64,000 bases of DNA from Limisphaerales bacterium. GTDB taxonomy: Bacteria; Verrucomicrobiota; Verrucomicrobiia; Limisphaerales; AAA164-E04. Made by a program: the position numbers and the translations under genes. Below the pieces are notes generated by a model. The model was not told where the DNA came from and did not search any database. It saw nothing but the letters and a program-made list of their open reading frames with translations. Below are positions 51,590 through 60,818 of this stretch, in pieces (the first letter of the stretch is position 1; every line of letters starts with the position of its first letter). The DNA lies in the NCBI GenBank assembly GCA_024761205.1, contig JAMASS010000014.1:43792-107791 (forward strand). The letters are read 5' to 3'.

Positions 51590-52360
51590 TTGCCCGAGAG
51601 GGTCCAGCGCGTAACATCGGGGGGCCGCAGAATGCCAAACTCGTCCATTGCCAAATCCATGATCCAGGCCGCGCAAAACCTCTGTTCCGAGGCGGAATCG
51701 TTGTCCTTCCCCGCTCCGATCACGCACACCTACAACCCGCTGTCATACGCGAAAGACGCCCACGAACAATACCTCAAGCGGTACGCCAATCAACGGAAAC
51801 GAATCATCTTCCTAGGCATGAACCCGGGTCCATTTGGCATGATGCAAACGGCTGTGCCATTCGGAGAAATCAGCATCGTCCGTGATTGGTTGGGGATACA
51901 TTCGGGAGTCACTAAACCGGAACGGGAACATCCAAAACGACCGATCGAGGGATTCGAATGCCAACGCTCCGAAGTTAGTGGCCGGAGATTATGGAGCTGC
52001 TTTCGTGATCGATTCGAGCAACCGGAAGCCTTCTTCAACGACCATTTCGTCGCCAACTACTGTCCTTTATCCTTCCTCGAAGCCTCCGGGCGTAACTTCA
52101 CCCCAGACAAATTGCCTGCCGCTATCGCCCGCCAACTCGAAGCCATCTGTGACGCTCATCTCGTCAAGATCGTCGGCATCTTGCAACCACAATGGATTAT
52201 CGGAGTCGGCGCTTTTGCCAGAAAACGCGCCGACTCCGCACTGGCAAATCAATCAATTCAAATCGGCCAGATACTCCATCCCAGCCCTGCCAGCCCTGCC
52301 GCCAACCGAGGCTGGGCCGAACAAGCCGAGAAACACCTCCATGAACTAGGCGCTTGGTAG
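51590..52360 (+). CDS. SMUG1-type (family 3) uracil-DNA glycosylase
   Basis: FLGMNPGPFGMMQTAVPFGE, CQRSEVSGRRLW and HPSPASPAANRGW are the SMUG1 signature motifs. The start may be Met15 (51632). Confidence 0.8.
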   Translation: MPERVQRVTSGGRRMPNSSIAKSMIQAAQNLCSEAESLSFPAPITHTYNPLSYAKDAHEQYLKRYANQRKRIIFLGMNPGPFGMMQTAVPFGEISIVRDWLGIHSGVTKPEREHPKRPIEGFECQRSEVSGRRLWSCFRDRFEQPEAFFNDHFVANYCPLSFLEASGRNFTPDKLPAAIARQLEAICDAHLVKIVGILQPQWIIGVGAFARKRADSALANQSIQIGQILHPSPASPAANRGWAEQAEKHLHELGAW

Positions 52361-52460
52361 CCCTGGCATGATCGGGCTCAAGGGGGGACTCTTAAACACC
52401 AGCTTTTGAAGAGCGAGAGCTGCCGCATACTCGCCATCGCAGCAAGCTGCGATGAGGAAA

Positions 52461-52495
52461 GCGGCTAAAAATCGTCACACTCCATCGTTGCATTC
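52461..52495 (+). repeat. copy h of the ~35-nt repeat
   Basis: gcggctaaaaatcgtcacactccatcgttgcattcc. It sits 7 nt from the inverted copy c. Confidence 0.55.
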
Positions 52496-52502
52496 CCGGC
52501 GA

Positions 52503-52539
52503 CGAGATAGCGTCCTAGAGTGCGGTGATGCTTCACTGC
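52503..52539 (-). repeat. copy c of the ~35-nt repeat (minus strand)
   Basis: The reverse complement gcagtgaagcatcaccgcactctaggacgctatctcg is about 85% identical by eye to copy a. Confidence 0.7.
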
Positions 52540-53003
52540 TTTCCCCCAGTCTCCCCAATTCTCTTGGCTGACTTCCTCGTTCAGCCAAGAGAATCAGCAA
52601 CGGTCGTCCACCGTCAAACCAATGAGACTGCTCTGGATATTCTTGGGACTTGGAGTTCTCTTTCTGATCCCCTTTCTCATCTAGGGGAAGTCGTGGCACT
52701 AGTCTCCTCCAGGGGGCTATCGCGCAGCTCAAAACTCAACGTCATCTTTTTAAGGATCGCCTCCCAGTCGCACAAGATCCACCGCACACATAATCAAGGG
52801 GGCAAGAGGGCATTCCAAGGTAACGCGCAGTATCCCGTCGGCGGTATCCATCCTCCATAACCTAGCGAAGAAGGATAGCTCGGGAGACTCCCCACCTTTC
52901 GCAATGCCGCCTCCCCGCACTGAATCGCCCCCATCAAGGTGTCGTCGCGAAAATCAGGCTCGTCTTTCATCCACCGACTCTGTAACGTCGCCTCTTCCAC
53001 TCT

Positions 53004-53642
53004 ATGGTTGAAGAGCCAAATAATGAGCCTGAAAATGCCTCCGAACTGCAGCGGCCGTTCTTTGGCGGAGCGATGATCCTTTTTGAAAGCTCGCTCGTCG
53101 TCATAGCTTGGATTCTCGCATGGATATTCGGAGTTCCCCTATTCGCAGACTTTCGTTGGGACGCCAAAAGTGCTTTCCTCGGGCTCTCCTCCACTATCCC
53201 GATGTTGGCGATGTTTGTCTGGATTGTTCATTCAGATTACCCACCCTTCGTTGAAATCCGAAAGCTCCTCAGCACCTTTATCGGACAAGGCTTTGGAGAA
53301 TGTCCGCTCATCCAAATCGCCCTTTTATCACTGGCAGCGGGTGTCGGAGAGGAAGTCCTCTTCCGGGCCGTCCTCCAGAGCGGTATCGCGGCTCACTCCA
53401 CTCCATTGCTTGGCATTTTGGCGGCAAGTCTACTCTTTGCCCTCTGCCATTCGCTTTCCATCGCGTACTTCATCATCATATTTATCATCGGGATCTACCT
53501 CAGCCTAGTGTGGCACGCCGCGGGCAATCTCCTCGCCCCCATGATCACCCACGCCGTGTATGATTTTATCGCCCTCTGTTACCTCATCCGCCAGTGCAAG
53601 CACTTCACCCCCGGCACTCAACAAAAAAAGGCGGACTCTTAA
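53004..53642 (+). CDS. CPBP family intramembrane glutamic endopeptidase (CAAX protease / Abi-like)
   Basis: Has the motifs GVGEEVLFRAVLQ, LLFALCHS and HAVYDF in a multi-TM protein. Confidence 0.8.
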   Translation: MVEEPNNEPENASELQRPFFGGAMILFESSLVVIAWILAWIFGVPLFADFRWDAKSAFLGLSSTIPMLAMFVWIVHSDYPPFVEIRKLLSTFIGQGFGECPLIQIALLSLAAGVGEEVLFRAVLQSGIAAHSTPLLGILAASLLFALCHSLSIAYFIIIFIIGIYLSLVWHAAGNLLAPMITHAVYDFIALCYLIRQCKHFTPGTQQKKADS

Positions 53643-53677
53643 CAAACTCGCCCTTAAAACCGGTTTGCTCGGGGAAC

Positions 53678-56389
53678 CTAGGCTCGTGCCACTAACTGCC
53701 GCAACACACAGGGCAAGACGCCCCCGTGCCGATAGTAATCAATCTCTATCGGCGTATCGATGCGACATCGAACAGACACATCCAACACCTCTCCGTTAGC
53801 GCATTGAATCTTGAGAGACAAATCTTGCTGAGGTTCCAGCGAATCATCCAAACCAACCACATCATAGGTTTCCGTACCCTCAAGGCCGAGTTCCTTTGCA
53901 CTGACTCCAGCATGAAACTGCAAAGGCAAAACACCCATGCCTACAAGATTGGAGCGATGAATTCGCTCAAAGCTTTCGGCGACCACAGCCTTCACGCCTA
54001 ACAATCGAGTCCCCTTCGCCGCCCAATCGCGGGAGCTTCCGGCCCCATACTCTTGACCGGCAATGACGACTAACGGGGTTCCCTCGTCGGCATATTTCAT
54101 CGCCGCATCATAAATGCTCATCTCTTCGCCGCTGGGTTGATGTCTGGTAATGCCGCCCTCCATCCCTAGTGCCATCAAGTTCTTGATACGCACATTGGCA
54201 AAAGTTCCGCGAGTCATGATTCGATCATTACCCCGCCGGGAGCCGTAGCTGTTGAAATCAGCGAATGCCACATCGTGGCTTTCCAAAAACTGACCTGCCG
54301 GCGACGCTCTCTCGATCGCCCCGGCCGGTGAGATGTGATCGGTCGTCACAGAGTGACCAAAGACCCCCAGAGCTCGCGCACCGGAAATTTCCGAGATCTG
54401 TCCTGGCTCTAGACTAAAGTCCGTGAAAAATGGGGGTTCCTGAATATAGGTGCTCTTTGTATCCCAATCGTACACGTCTCCCATACTCGCCGGGATCTCG
54501 TTCCATTTGGGATTTCGATCCGCAAAATCGCGATATAACTGTTGAAAGGTTTCCGGCGAGAGGACCGATTCGAGCCGGCTGCGGACTTCATCCAACGACG
54601 GCCAAATATCTCGGAGGAAAACCGGTTGCCCTTCAGCGCCATTGCCCAGTGGCTCTTCGGCAAGGTTGATGTTGACCCGCCCGGCCAAGGCAAACGCAAC
54701 CACCAAGGGGGGCGACATCAAGAAATTCGCCTTTATGTTCTGATGCACCCGCGCTTCAAAGTTCCGGTTACCCGACAATACCGAAGCGACAACCAGATCA
54801 TTTTCAACAATCGCTTTCTCGATCGGTTGAGCCAAGGGCCCGCTATTGCCGATACAGGTGGTGCATCCATACCCGACCAAATTGAAGCCCAATTGATCCA
54901 GATACGGTTGTAAGTCGGTCTTTTCCAGGTAGTCGCTGACCACTCTCGAACCCGGCGCCAGTGAAGCTTTGACCGCAGGAGCTACCTTCAGTCCCTTGCC
55001 TACCGCCTTTTTTGCCAGCAGGCCGGCGGCTAACATCACACTCGGATTCGAAGTATTGGTACAAGACGTTATCGCTGCAATCAGCACACTGCCATGTCCG
55101 ATCGCCGCCGTCCCATCACCATTCAGGGAAGCTCTCACAAGGGTCGTCGCCAACTCTTCAGCATCCTTGCCAAATCCACCTTCCCCGACTGGCCGGGAAA
55201 ACGTGGCATTGAATGATTCCCCCAACTGATCCAGGGCAATGCGGTCCTGCGGCCTCCGAGGACCCGCAACCGACGAGACCACCGTCGCCAAGTCCAGTTC
55301 CAGATCAACCGAGTACTGAACCTCGCCTCGTTTCGGTATGCCCCAAAGCTTCTGTGCTCGATAATAATTCTCATACATTTGGCAGTGCGCTTCGCTTCGA
55401 CCCGTGGCGCGAAGGTATCTCACTGTTTCCTCATCAATAGGGAAGAACCCCATCGTCGCTCCGTACTCCGGCGCCATGTTCGCGATAGTCGAGCGATCAA
55501 CCGTAGGCAATGCAACGGCTCCCGGGCCGTAGAATTCCACGAACTTACCCACCACCTTTGCTTCGCGGAGCATCTCGGTGATCGTCAGCGCCAGGTCGGT
55601 CGCCGTAGCGCCTTCACTCAAGCCTCCGGTCAGGTGAACCCCCACAACATCCGGCGTCAAAAAGTAAACCGGCTGCCCCAGCATCCCGGCCTCAGCCTCA
55701 ATGCCACCGACACCCCAACCAACGATTCCAAGTCCATTGATCATCGTGGTATGCGAATCTGTTCCCACAAGAGTATCCGGATAGTAAATGCTGCCAGCCT
55801 CAAGGACGCCCTTGGCCAAGTATTCCAGATTAACCTGATGCACAATCCCAATCCCTGGTGGAACGACCTTAAAAGTGTTAAAGGCCTGCATGCCCCATTT
55901 TAGGAACTGATATCGCTCGCGATTCCGCTGGAACTCCATCTCGAGATTCTTCTGCATCGCATCCTCACTCCCGGCAAAATCAACCTGAATGGAATGATCG
56001 ACCACCAAATCTACCGGGACCAGGGGTTCGATGATTTTCGGATCCTTGGAGAGGCGAGCCACCGCAGAACGCATCGCCGCCAAATCCACGAGGAGCGGCA
56101 CCCCGGTAAAGTCTTGAAGAACGATGCGGGCGACAACAAACGGGATCTCGGCGCTTCGGTCCGCCTTAGGTTCCCAGTTCGCCAAGACCTTGACACTCTC
56201 CTCGGACACCCGCTGCCCGTCACAGTTCCGCAGCACCGATTCGAGAACCAATCGAATGCAGACCGGCAAGCGGGAAACCGGACCAATACCGGCTTCCTCC
56301 AAGGCAGGAAGGGAATAAAGCCGCCCAGTTCCGCCATTCCCCAAATCAAATTCTCGTAGTGACCCGAATAAATTGTGTGATTGATCCAT
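53678..56389 (-). CDS. acnA: aconitate hydratase AcnA
   Basis: About 900 aa with [46 protein letters not shown] and the swivel domain. The ORF is open to 56440; the start at Met18 (56389) fits AcnA N-termini. Confidence 0.95.
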   Translation of the reverse strand: MDQSHNLFGSLREFDLGNGGTGRLYSLPALEEAGIGPVSRLPVCIRLVLESVLRNCDGQRVSEESVKVLANWEPKADRSAEIPFVVARIVLQDFTGVPLLVDLAAMRSAVARLSKDPKIIEPLVPVDLVVDHSIQVDFAGSEDAMQKNLEMEFQRNRERYQFLKWGMQAFNTFKVVPPGIGIVHQVNLEYLAKGVLEAGSIYYPDTLVGTDSHTTMINGLGIVGWGVGGIEAEAGMLGQPVYFLTPDVVGVHLTGGLSEGATATDLALTITEMLREAKVVGKFVEFYGPGAVALPTVDRSTIANMAPEYGATMGFFPIDEETVRYLRATGRSEAHCQMYENYYRAQKLWGIPKRGEVQYSVDLELDLATVVSSVAGPRRPQDRIALDQLGESFNATFSRPVGEGGFGKDAEELATTLVRASLNGDGTAAIGHGSVLIAAITSCTNTSNPSVMLAAGLLAKKAVGKGLKVAPAVKASLAPGSRVVSDYLEKTDLQPYLDQLGFNLVGYGCTTCIGNSGPLAQPIEKAIVENDLVVASVLSGNRNFEARVHQNIKANFLMSPPLVVAFALAGRVNINLAEEPLGNGAEGQPVFLRDIWPSLDEVRSRLESVLSPETFQQLYRDFADRNPKWNEIPASMGDVYDWDTKSTYIQEPPFFTDFSLEPGQISEISGARALGVFGHSVTTDHISPAGAIERASPAGQFLESHDVAFADFNSYGSRRGNDRIMTRGTFANVRIKNLMALGMEGGITRHQPSGEEMSIYDAAMKYADEGTPLVVIAGQEYGAGSSRDWAAKGTRLLGVKAVVAESFERIHRSNLVGMGVLPLQFHAGVSAKELGLEGTETYDVVGLDDSLEPQQDLSLKIQCANGEVLDVSVRCRIDTPIEIDYYRHGGVLPCVLRQLVARA

Positions 56390-56550
56390 GTGCCAATTTC
56401 CGAAAATACCGCAATTTCGTATAAAACGAGCGTTGAACACTGCGGTTTGCGCACTCGCTTGTCAACCCGGAGATAGCGCCCGGAAAGAAGGCGGGTGTGA
56501 TGAAAGGTGGGATCTATTTGCCAAAATTGCCCAACAACAAAAAGGCTAAA

Positions 56551-56586
56551 ACGGCGAAAAATTGCCACCCTCCATAACGCTACCGC
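56551..56586 (+). repeat. copy f of the ~35-nt repeat
   Basis: acggcgaaaaattgccaccctccataacgctaccgc aligns with copy b. Confidence 0.55.
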
Positions 56587-56776
56587 ACTGACCGAAACAC
56601 AACGATACACCGCAAACTTGCCCGTCCGTCGTTGCCTCGGCGAAGGCTGAGAGAGCGCTAATCCTTCACCGTCCTCTCCCCCAAGGAAACTCCCCCCTTC
56701 ATAAACTGACGACTCTGCCGCACCGGTATCGGCTCCCCGATTCTCAAACCCCTCAAAAAGAGACGCTTCTCAAAGG

Positions 56777-57493
56777 TTATTGCTGTCGTTCATCACCCTC
56801 CCGCGACGGGTCACATTCGGACTCTGACGCCCCTGTGCCCTCTCTTTTCCACTGCTGGAAGTGCTTGACCGCTTCATCAAGAAGCGCTTTGACCCCTCCG
56901 GGCGGCAGATTGGGTGGTCCATTGATCCAGTGAGGTTTGGGGTGAATGCCATTCCAAGAGGTTTCACTAATCTCAACGGCCACATGCGGTTCTTTCAGGT
57001 GGATCACCAAAGGCTTGGCCCCGTCTCCAATGACTGCCTTTTCCGCCACCGACCATTCCGGCAAGCAAACCCGTTGCCCCAGAGATTGACAGTAGAGAAC
57101 GTTACGCAACCACGGCCATAATCCAATTGCGGACGCCAGGATCACTAAGCCAAGGCATAAGAAAACCTGGGACCGCTCCATCGGTTGATCTTTAAGAACG
57201 ATCATCCAAACCACCGCCGACATCAGGACCAAATCGCCGAGATAAAAGACCCAAGCGGGCACTCGGGCCGGCATGGCTTCGGACGCAGTGGCCGACGAAA
57301 AGGGTTGCGTCGAAGCAGATGGCGGATGTTCACCCAATTTCATCTGGGTGCTTCCGTGAATCAGTCGATCGACCCCAGAAGGAGGATCCAACAGGGAATC
57401 CTCCACGGAACCCGCTGGTTTCCCACTCGACAAATCTCCTGGCAGATCGAACGGCATTAAGTTCTCTAAACCTCGCCCCAGGGACCGTTTCAT
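56777..57493 (-). CDS. hypothetical membrane protein with ParB-box-like N-terminal motif
   Basis: The preferred start MKRSLGRGLENLM (ATG at 57493) avoids overlap with hflX. It has two TM helices (VPAWVFYLGDLVLMSAVVWMIVL; VFLCLGLVILASAIGLWPWL). The ORF is open to 57694. Confidence 0.5.
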   Translation of the reverse strand: MKRSLGRGLENLMPFDLPGDLSSGKPAGSVEDSLLDPPSGVDRLIHGSTQMKLGEHPPSASTQPFSSATASEAMPARVPAWVFYLGDLVLMSAVVWMIVLKDQPMERSQVFLCLGLVILASAIGLWPWLRNVLYCQSLGQRVCLPEWSVAEKAVIGDGAKPLVIHLKEPHVAVEISETSWNGIHPKPHWINGPPNLPPGGVKALLDEAVKHFQQWKREGTGASESECDPSREGDERQQ

Positions 57494-57702
57494 AAGCTTG
57501 ATAAGCTGTCCGAAAACTAGCTCCCTTGCAACGATTTTCGAGCGAAAATCGCGGGATTTACCTTTCCGATCAAAGAATTCCCCCAGCAAGGAAACGAAAT
57601 GATCTCGCCTTGCGCAAAAGCCAACGCTACAATCTTCCCCAGTGTTTCGCCAAGAAGTGAATGGATTCGTTCCGGCCCGAAGGCGAGCACCCATGTCATT
57701 CT

Positions 57703-59007
57703 ATGTCGATCACAAAAGGATTCACCGCCGAAGTCAAGGAATCGTCGGAAGCAACATCAACACCGGGAGAAAAGGTCTTTCTCGTTGGCGCAGAACTGAA
57801 ATCACGAACCCAAGGGAATATTGCCGAATCACTCGAGGAATTGGCGAGTTTGGCCGAGACCGCAGGTGGCGAGGTCGTCGGTGAAGGAACCCAAAAACTG
57901 GACAAGCCCCTCGCCAGCACCTTTATTAGCAAAGGAAAGGCCAAACAATTCGCCGCCGAATGCCAAGATAAACACGTGGATACAGTCATCTTCGATGACG
58001 AACTCACTCCCGGCCAGGGCCGAAATCTGGCGCAGGTCTTTGACTGCAAAATCATCGACCGGACATCGCTTATTTTAGACATCTTCGCCCAGCGGGCCCG
58101 AACTCGAGAGGGCAAACTCCAGGTCGAGCTCGCCCAACTGCAACATCTCCTTCCCCAACTCACACGATTCTGGACGCACCTCTCCCGACAGAAGGGAGGC
58201 ATCGGGATGCGTGGTGACGGGGAATCCCAACTCGAAACGGACCGCCGGCGCATACAGGAACGGATCGGACGTCTCTCAACCAAACTCGAACAGATTCGCA
58301 AACATCGTGCAGTGCAACGACAAAGGAGACGACGCCACAACTGGCCGTTGGCCTCCATCGTCGGCTATACCAACGCCGGAAAATCAACGCTCCTGAACCA
58401 ACTCACTGGAGCCGGTGTACAGGCGGAAGACCATCTCTTCGCAACCCTGGACCCCACCACCCGGCGCATCAAACTGGAGACGAACCAAAAGGTGTTACTG
58501 TCCGACACGGTTGGCTTCATTCGCAAACTGCCTCATCGATTAGTCGAAGCCTTCAAAGCGACTCTAGAGGAAGTCGCCCAGTCCGACCTCCTGCTCCATG
58601 TGGTGGACATCAGCCACCCCCAAGCCCGCCTCCAGATAGAGGCGGTCAACCAAGTCCTTGAGGAAATCCACGCTCACGAAAAACCAACATTAATGGTCTT
58701 TAACAAGATCGATCAACTGGACGCGCCCGGCCTTTTGGACCAATACCTCCACAACTATTCCCCGGCGGTAGGAATCGCAGCCGCGACAGGTCTCGGATTT
58801 GACTCCTTGAAAGCGCACCTTTCAACCTGCCTCCGGCCCATCCGAGCAGCACTAAGACTATCCGTGCCTGTCGCTCAAACGTCGATAATTGCCAGAATTC
58901 ACGAAGTGGGCCAAGTGGTTGCCTTGGATTACAAAGATAACTACGCTGAAATCGAAGCCAGGATCCCTCCACATTGCCTCAATGAATTCCAGCGCTACGC
59001 TTGTTGA
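57703..59007 (+). CDS. hflX: GTPase HflX
   Basis: Has the HflX N-domain (DRTSLILDIFAQRARTREGKLQVELAQL), G1 GYTNAGKST, G3 DTVGF and G4 NKID. The ORF is open from 57661. Confidence 0.9.
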   Translation: MSITKGFTAEVKESSEATSTPGEKVFLVGAELKSRTQGNIAESLEELASLAETAGGEVVGEGTQKLDKPLASTFISKGKAKQFAAECQDKHVDTVIFDDELTPGQGRNLAQVFDCKIIDRTSLILDIFAQRARTREGKLQVELAQLQHLLPQLTRFWTHLSRQKGGIGMRGDGESQLETDRRRIQERIGRLSTKLEQIRKHRAVQRQRRRRHNWPLASIVGYTNAGKSTLLNQLTGAGVQAEDHLFATLDPTTRRIKLETNQKVLLSDTVGFIRKLPHRLVEAFKATLEEVAQSDLLLHVVDISHPQARLQIEAVNQVLEEIHAHEKPTLMVFNKIDQLDAPGLLDQYLHNYSPAVGIAAATGLGFDSLKAHLSTCLRPIRAALRLSVPVAQTSIIARIHEVGQVVALDYKDNYAEIEARIPPHCLNEFQRYAC

Positions 59008-59164
59008 TCGACCCTCGGGTTGATGCGTGCATCCGGAAAATCCATCCCCCGCCCCAATGCCAAAAACTTTGCGCCATCAAGCCCTTCGGTTCGATAAGAA
59101 GACTGATTAAAAGAAGCCCTAAAACTGCTTGCTTGTTGGCCTCGCGCAAACGTAGAACCATCCA

Positions 59165-59863
59165 ATGCGGATCAAGGATCTTCCAGTTGAGGTTCGTCCA
59201 CGGGAACGCTTGATCGCTCGCGGCTCGGAATCGCTCAGCAACACCGATCTGATCGCGATCCTCCTCCGCACCGGAACCAAAGGAATGTCAGCCATGCGGA
59301 TTGCCGAGGACCTCCTAGGACGGTTTGGCTCACTAGGCGCACTCGCCAACGCGGATATACCCGAAATCCGAAAGACCAAAGGCATCGGCCGAGACAAGGC
59401 CATCGCCCTAAAAAGCGCCTTCACCCTTGCGAAGCGAATGGCTCGCGAAATCCGGCGCGAACCCCCCATCCTCGATGCGCCGGAAAAGGTTGCCGATCTT
59501 CTTCGTGACGAAATCTCCGATCACAAGGTCGAATCCTGCCACATCCTCCTCCTGAACACCCGCAACCGGCTGATCCGGATGGAACAGATTGCTACCGGCA
59601 CCCTAGATACGCTCTTGATTCATCCCCGGGAAATCTTTCGGCCCGCCATCCTGCATCAAGCCGCCACCCTGGTCCTGGCCCATAATCATCCTAGCGGCGA
59701 CCCCTCCCCCTCGGAGGCCGACATCCGCATCACCCGAGACCTAGTGAGAGCCGGCAAATTGCTGAACATCGAGATTCTCGACCACGTCATCATCGGCAGC
59801 CTCACCAAGGAAAGAACCGTCGATTTCAGCTCGCTGCGAGAACTTGGCCATTTCTATGCCTGA
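59165..59863 (+). CDS. radC: RadC-family JAB-domain protein
   Basis: RPRERLIARGSESLSNTDLIAILLRTG, a HhH region, and the JAMM motif HNHPSGDPSPSEAD. Confidence 0.9.
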   Translation: MRIKDLPVEVRPRERLIARGSESLSNTDLIAILLRTGTKGMSAMRIAEDLLGRFGSLGALANADIPEIRKTKGIGRDKAIALKSAFTLAKRMAREIRREPPILDAPEKVADLLRDEISDHKVESCHILLLNTRNRLIRMEQIATGTLDTLLIHPREIFRPAILHQAATLVLAHNHPSGDPSPSEADIRITRDLVRAGKLLNIEILDHVIIGSLTKERTVDFSSLRELGHFYA

Positions 59864-59974
59864 AACACCTTGCGGTGATCAACAAAGCGAAAACCGCATT
59901 TCCGAATGCGCCCTCTGCCGACAATGCCTCTCCTTCATCCAAAGCCGCCTCGTCACCCGCGTAAACGCCCGAAA

Positions 59975-60490
59975 TCACGCCTTCGGGCTTTTGCCTTGCC
60001 GAGACCCTGCATCGAGCTTTTTCGCACCGTAAAAAATACCCGCCAAAACGGCCACCGTTCCCAGGAAAGGGCTGAGGCTCTCAAAAATTCCGTGGTCGGC
60101 TATGAACATCCGGTAAGACCACCAGAACGTTCCCAAAACAATGCCGCCGGTAATCAAGAGACCCGCCATCTTATGAATGAATTGAAACCATTGGGCCCTC
60201 TTTTGAACAGAAGCGTCCGCCTTTTGCGCCCTTTCCGTGATCGCCAACATGCGATCTACAAAATCAGGGCACAATTTCTGGTACTTTTCGGCCTCGTCCG
60301 CCGGAGGCAGCGGACCGATGTGAAGGCTTTGCTCTTGAACGCTTACCGATTGAATGACTCTGGGAAGCAGATCACGGACGGCTGCCTTGATTTCCTCACG
60401 GATGGCCTCGGCTATCGGTCCGCTAAGCTCTTTTTGTTCGACCGCTTGAGCGATCAGATGCCGTTTCTTTCTTTGCGGTCTCGAAGCCAT
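59975..60490 (-). CDS. DUF2335 domain-containing membrane protein
   Basis: GPLPPADEAEKYQKLCPDFVDRMLAITERAQ followed by two TM helices, which is the pattern of DUF2335. Confidence 0.65.
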   Translation of the reverse strand: MASRPQRKKRHLIAQAVEQKELSGPIAEAIREEIKAAVRDLLPRVIQSVSVQEQSLHIGPLPPADEAEKYQKLCPDFVDRMLAITERAQKADASVQKRAQWFQFIHKMAGLLITGGIVLGTFWWSYRMFIADHGIFESLSPFLGTVAVLAGIFYGAKKLDAGSRQGKSPKA

Positions 60491-60723
60491 CTTTCAGATA
60501 ATTTGCCGCTTCAATGTAGTAATGAATCCGGGTTTTCCTCGTCTCCGCCTCATAAGACGGCACGATAATCCCGGCACAGAGCAGACTGCTGAATCCTTGC
60601 GCCAAAAACCGACAAATTGAGGCCAGTAATTTCATCATTGAACCTTGATGCAATCCGTTTCTATCTGAACTTAAAAAGAGTGCCGCAAAAGTCAAAAGGA
60701 TAACCGTCTCCGGGTTGAGACGC

Positions 60724-60763
60724 AAAAAAAAACCTCTCCCGGAGAACATGGCTCCGGGAGAGG
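60724..60763 (-). terminator. rho-independent terminator downstream of the porin gene
   Basis: Perfect 12-bp stem cctctcccggag / ctccgggagagg with a 7-nt loop. On the minus strand it is followed by T9, 56 nt after the stop at 60819. Confidence 0.75.
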
Positions 60764-60818
60764 CCGAGGGGCCGCCTACGGCTGGTCGCATGAAAAAACC
60801 AGCCAGCCCTACGTCCGC

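Noticed and set aside
19105-56586. The 35-nt repeat family as a CRISPR array
   Set aside because: The copies are scattered kilobases apart in both orientations with no regular spacing, and no cas genes are present. They are reported as dispersed repeats instead.
59088-59098. ggttcgataag resembling a tRNA T-loop
   Set aside because: No acceptor or T-stem complementarity or cloverleaf context surrounds it. No tRNA could be folded by eye in any intergenic region of the window.
60423-60791. 122-aa minus-strand ORF upstream of and overlapping the DUF2335 gene
   Set aside because: Its 5' part overlaps the porin terminator hairpin and its 3' end overlaps the DUF2335 start by about 68 nt in another frame. 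A shorter version starting at MMKLLAS... might be real or might be a frameshifted N-terminal extension of the DUF2335 gene, but the evidence is insufficient.
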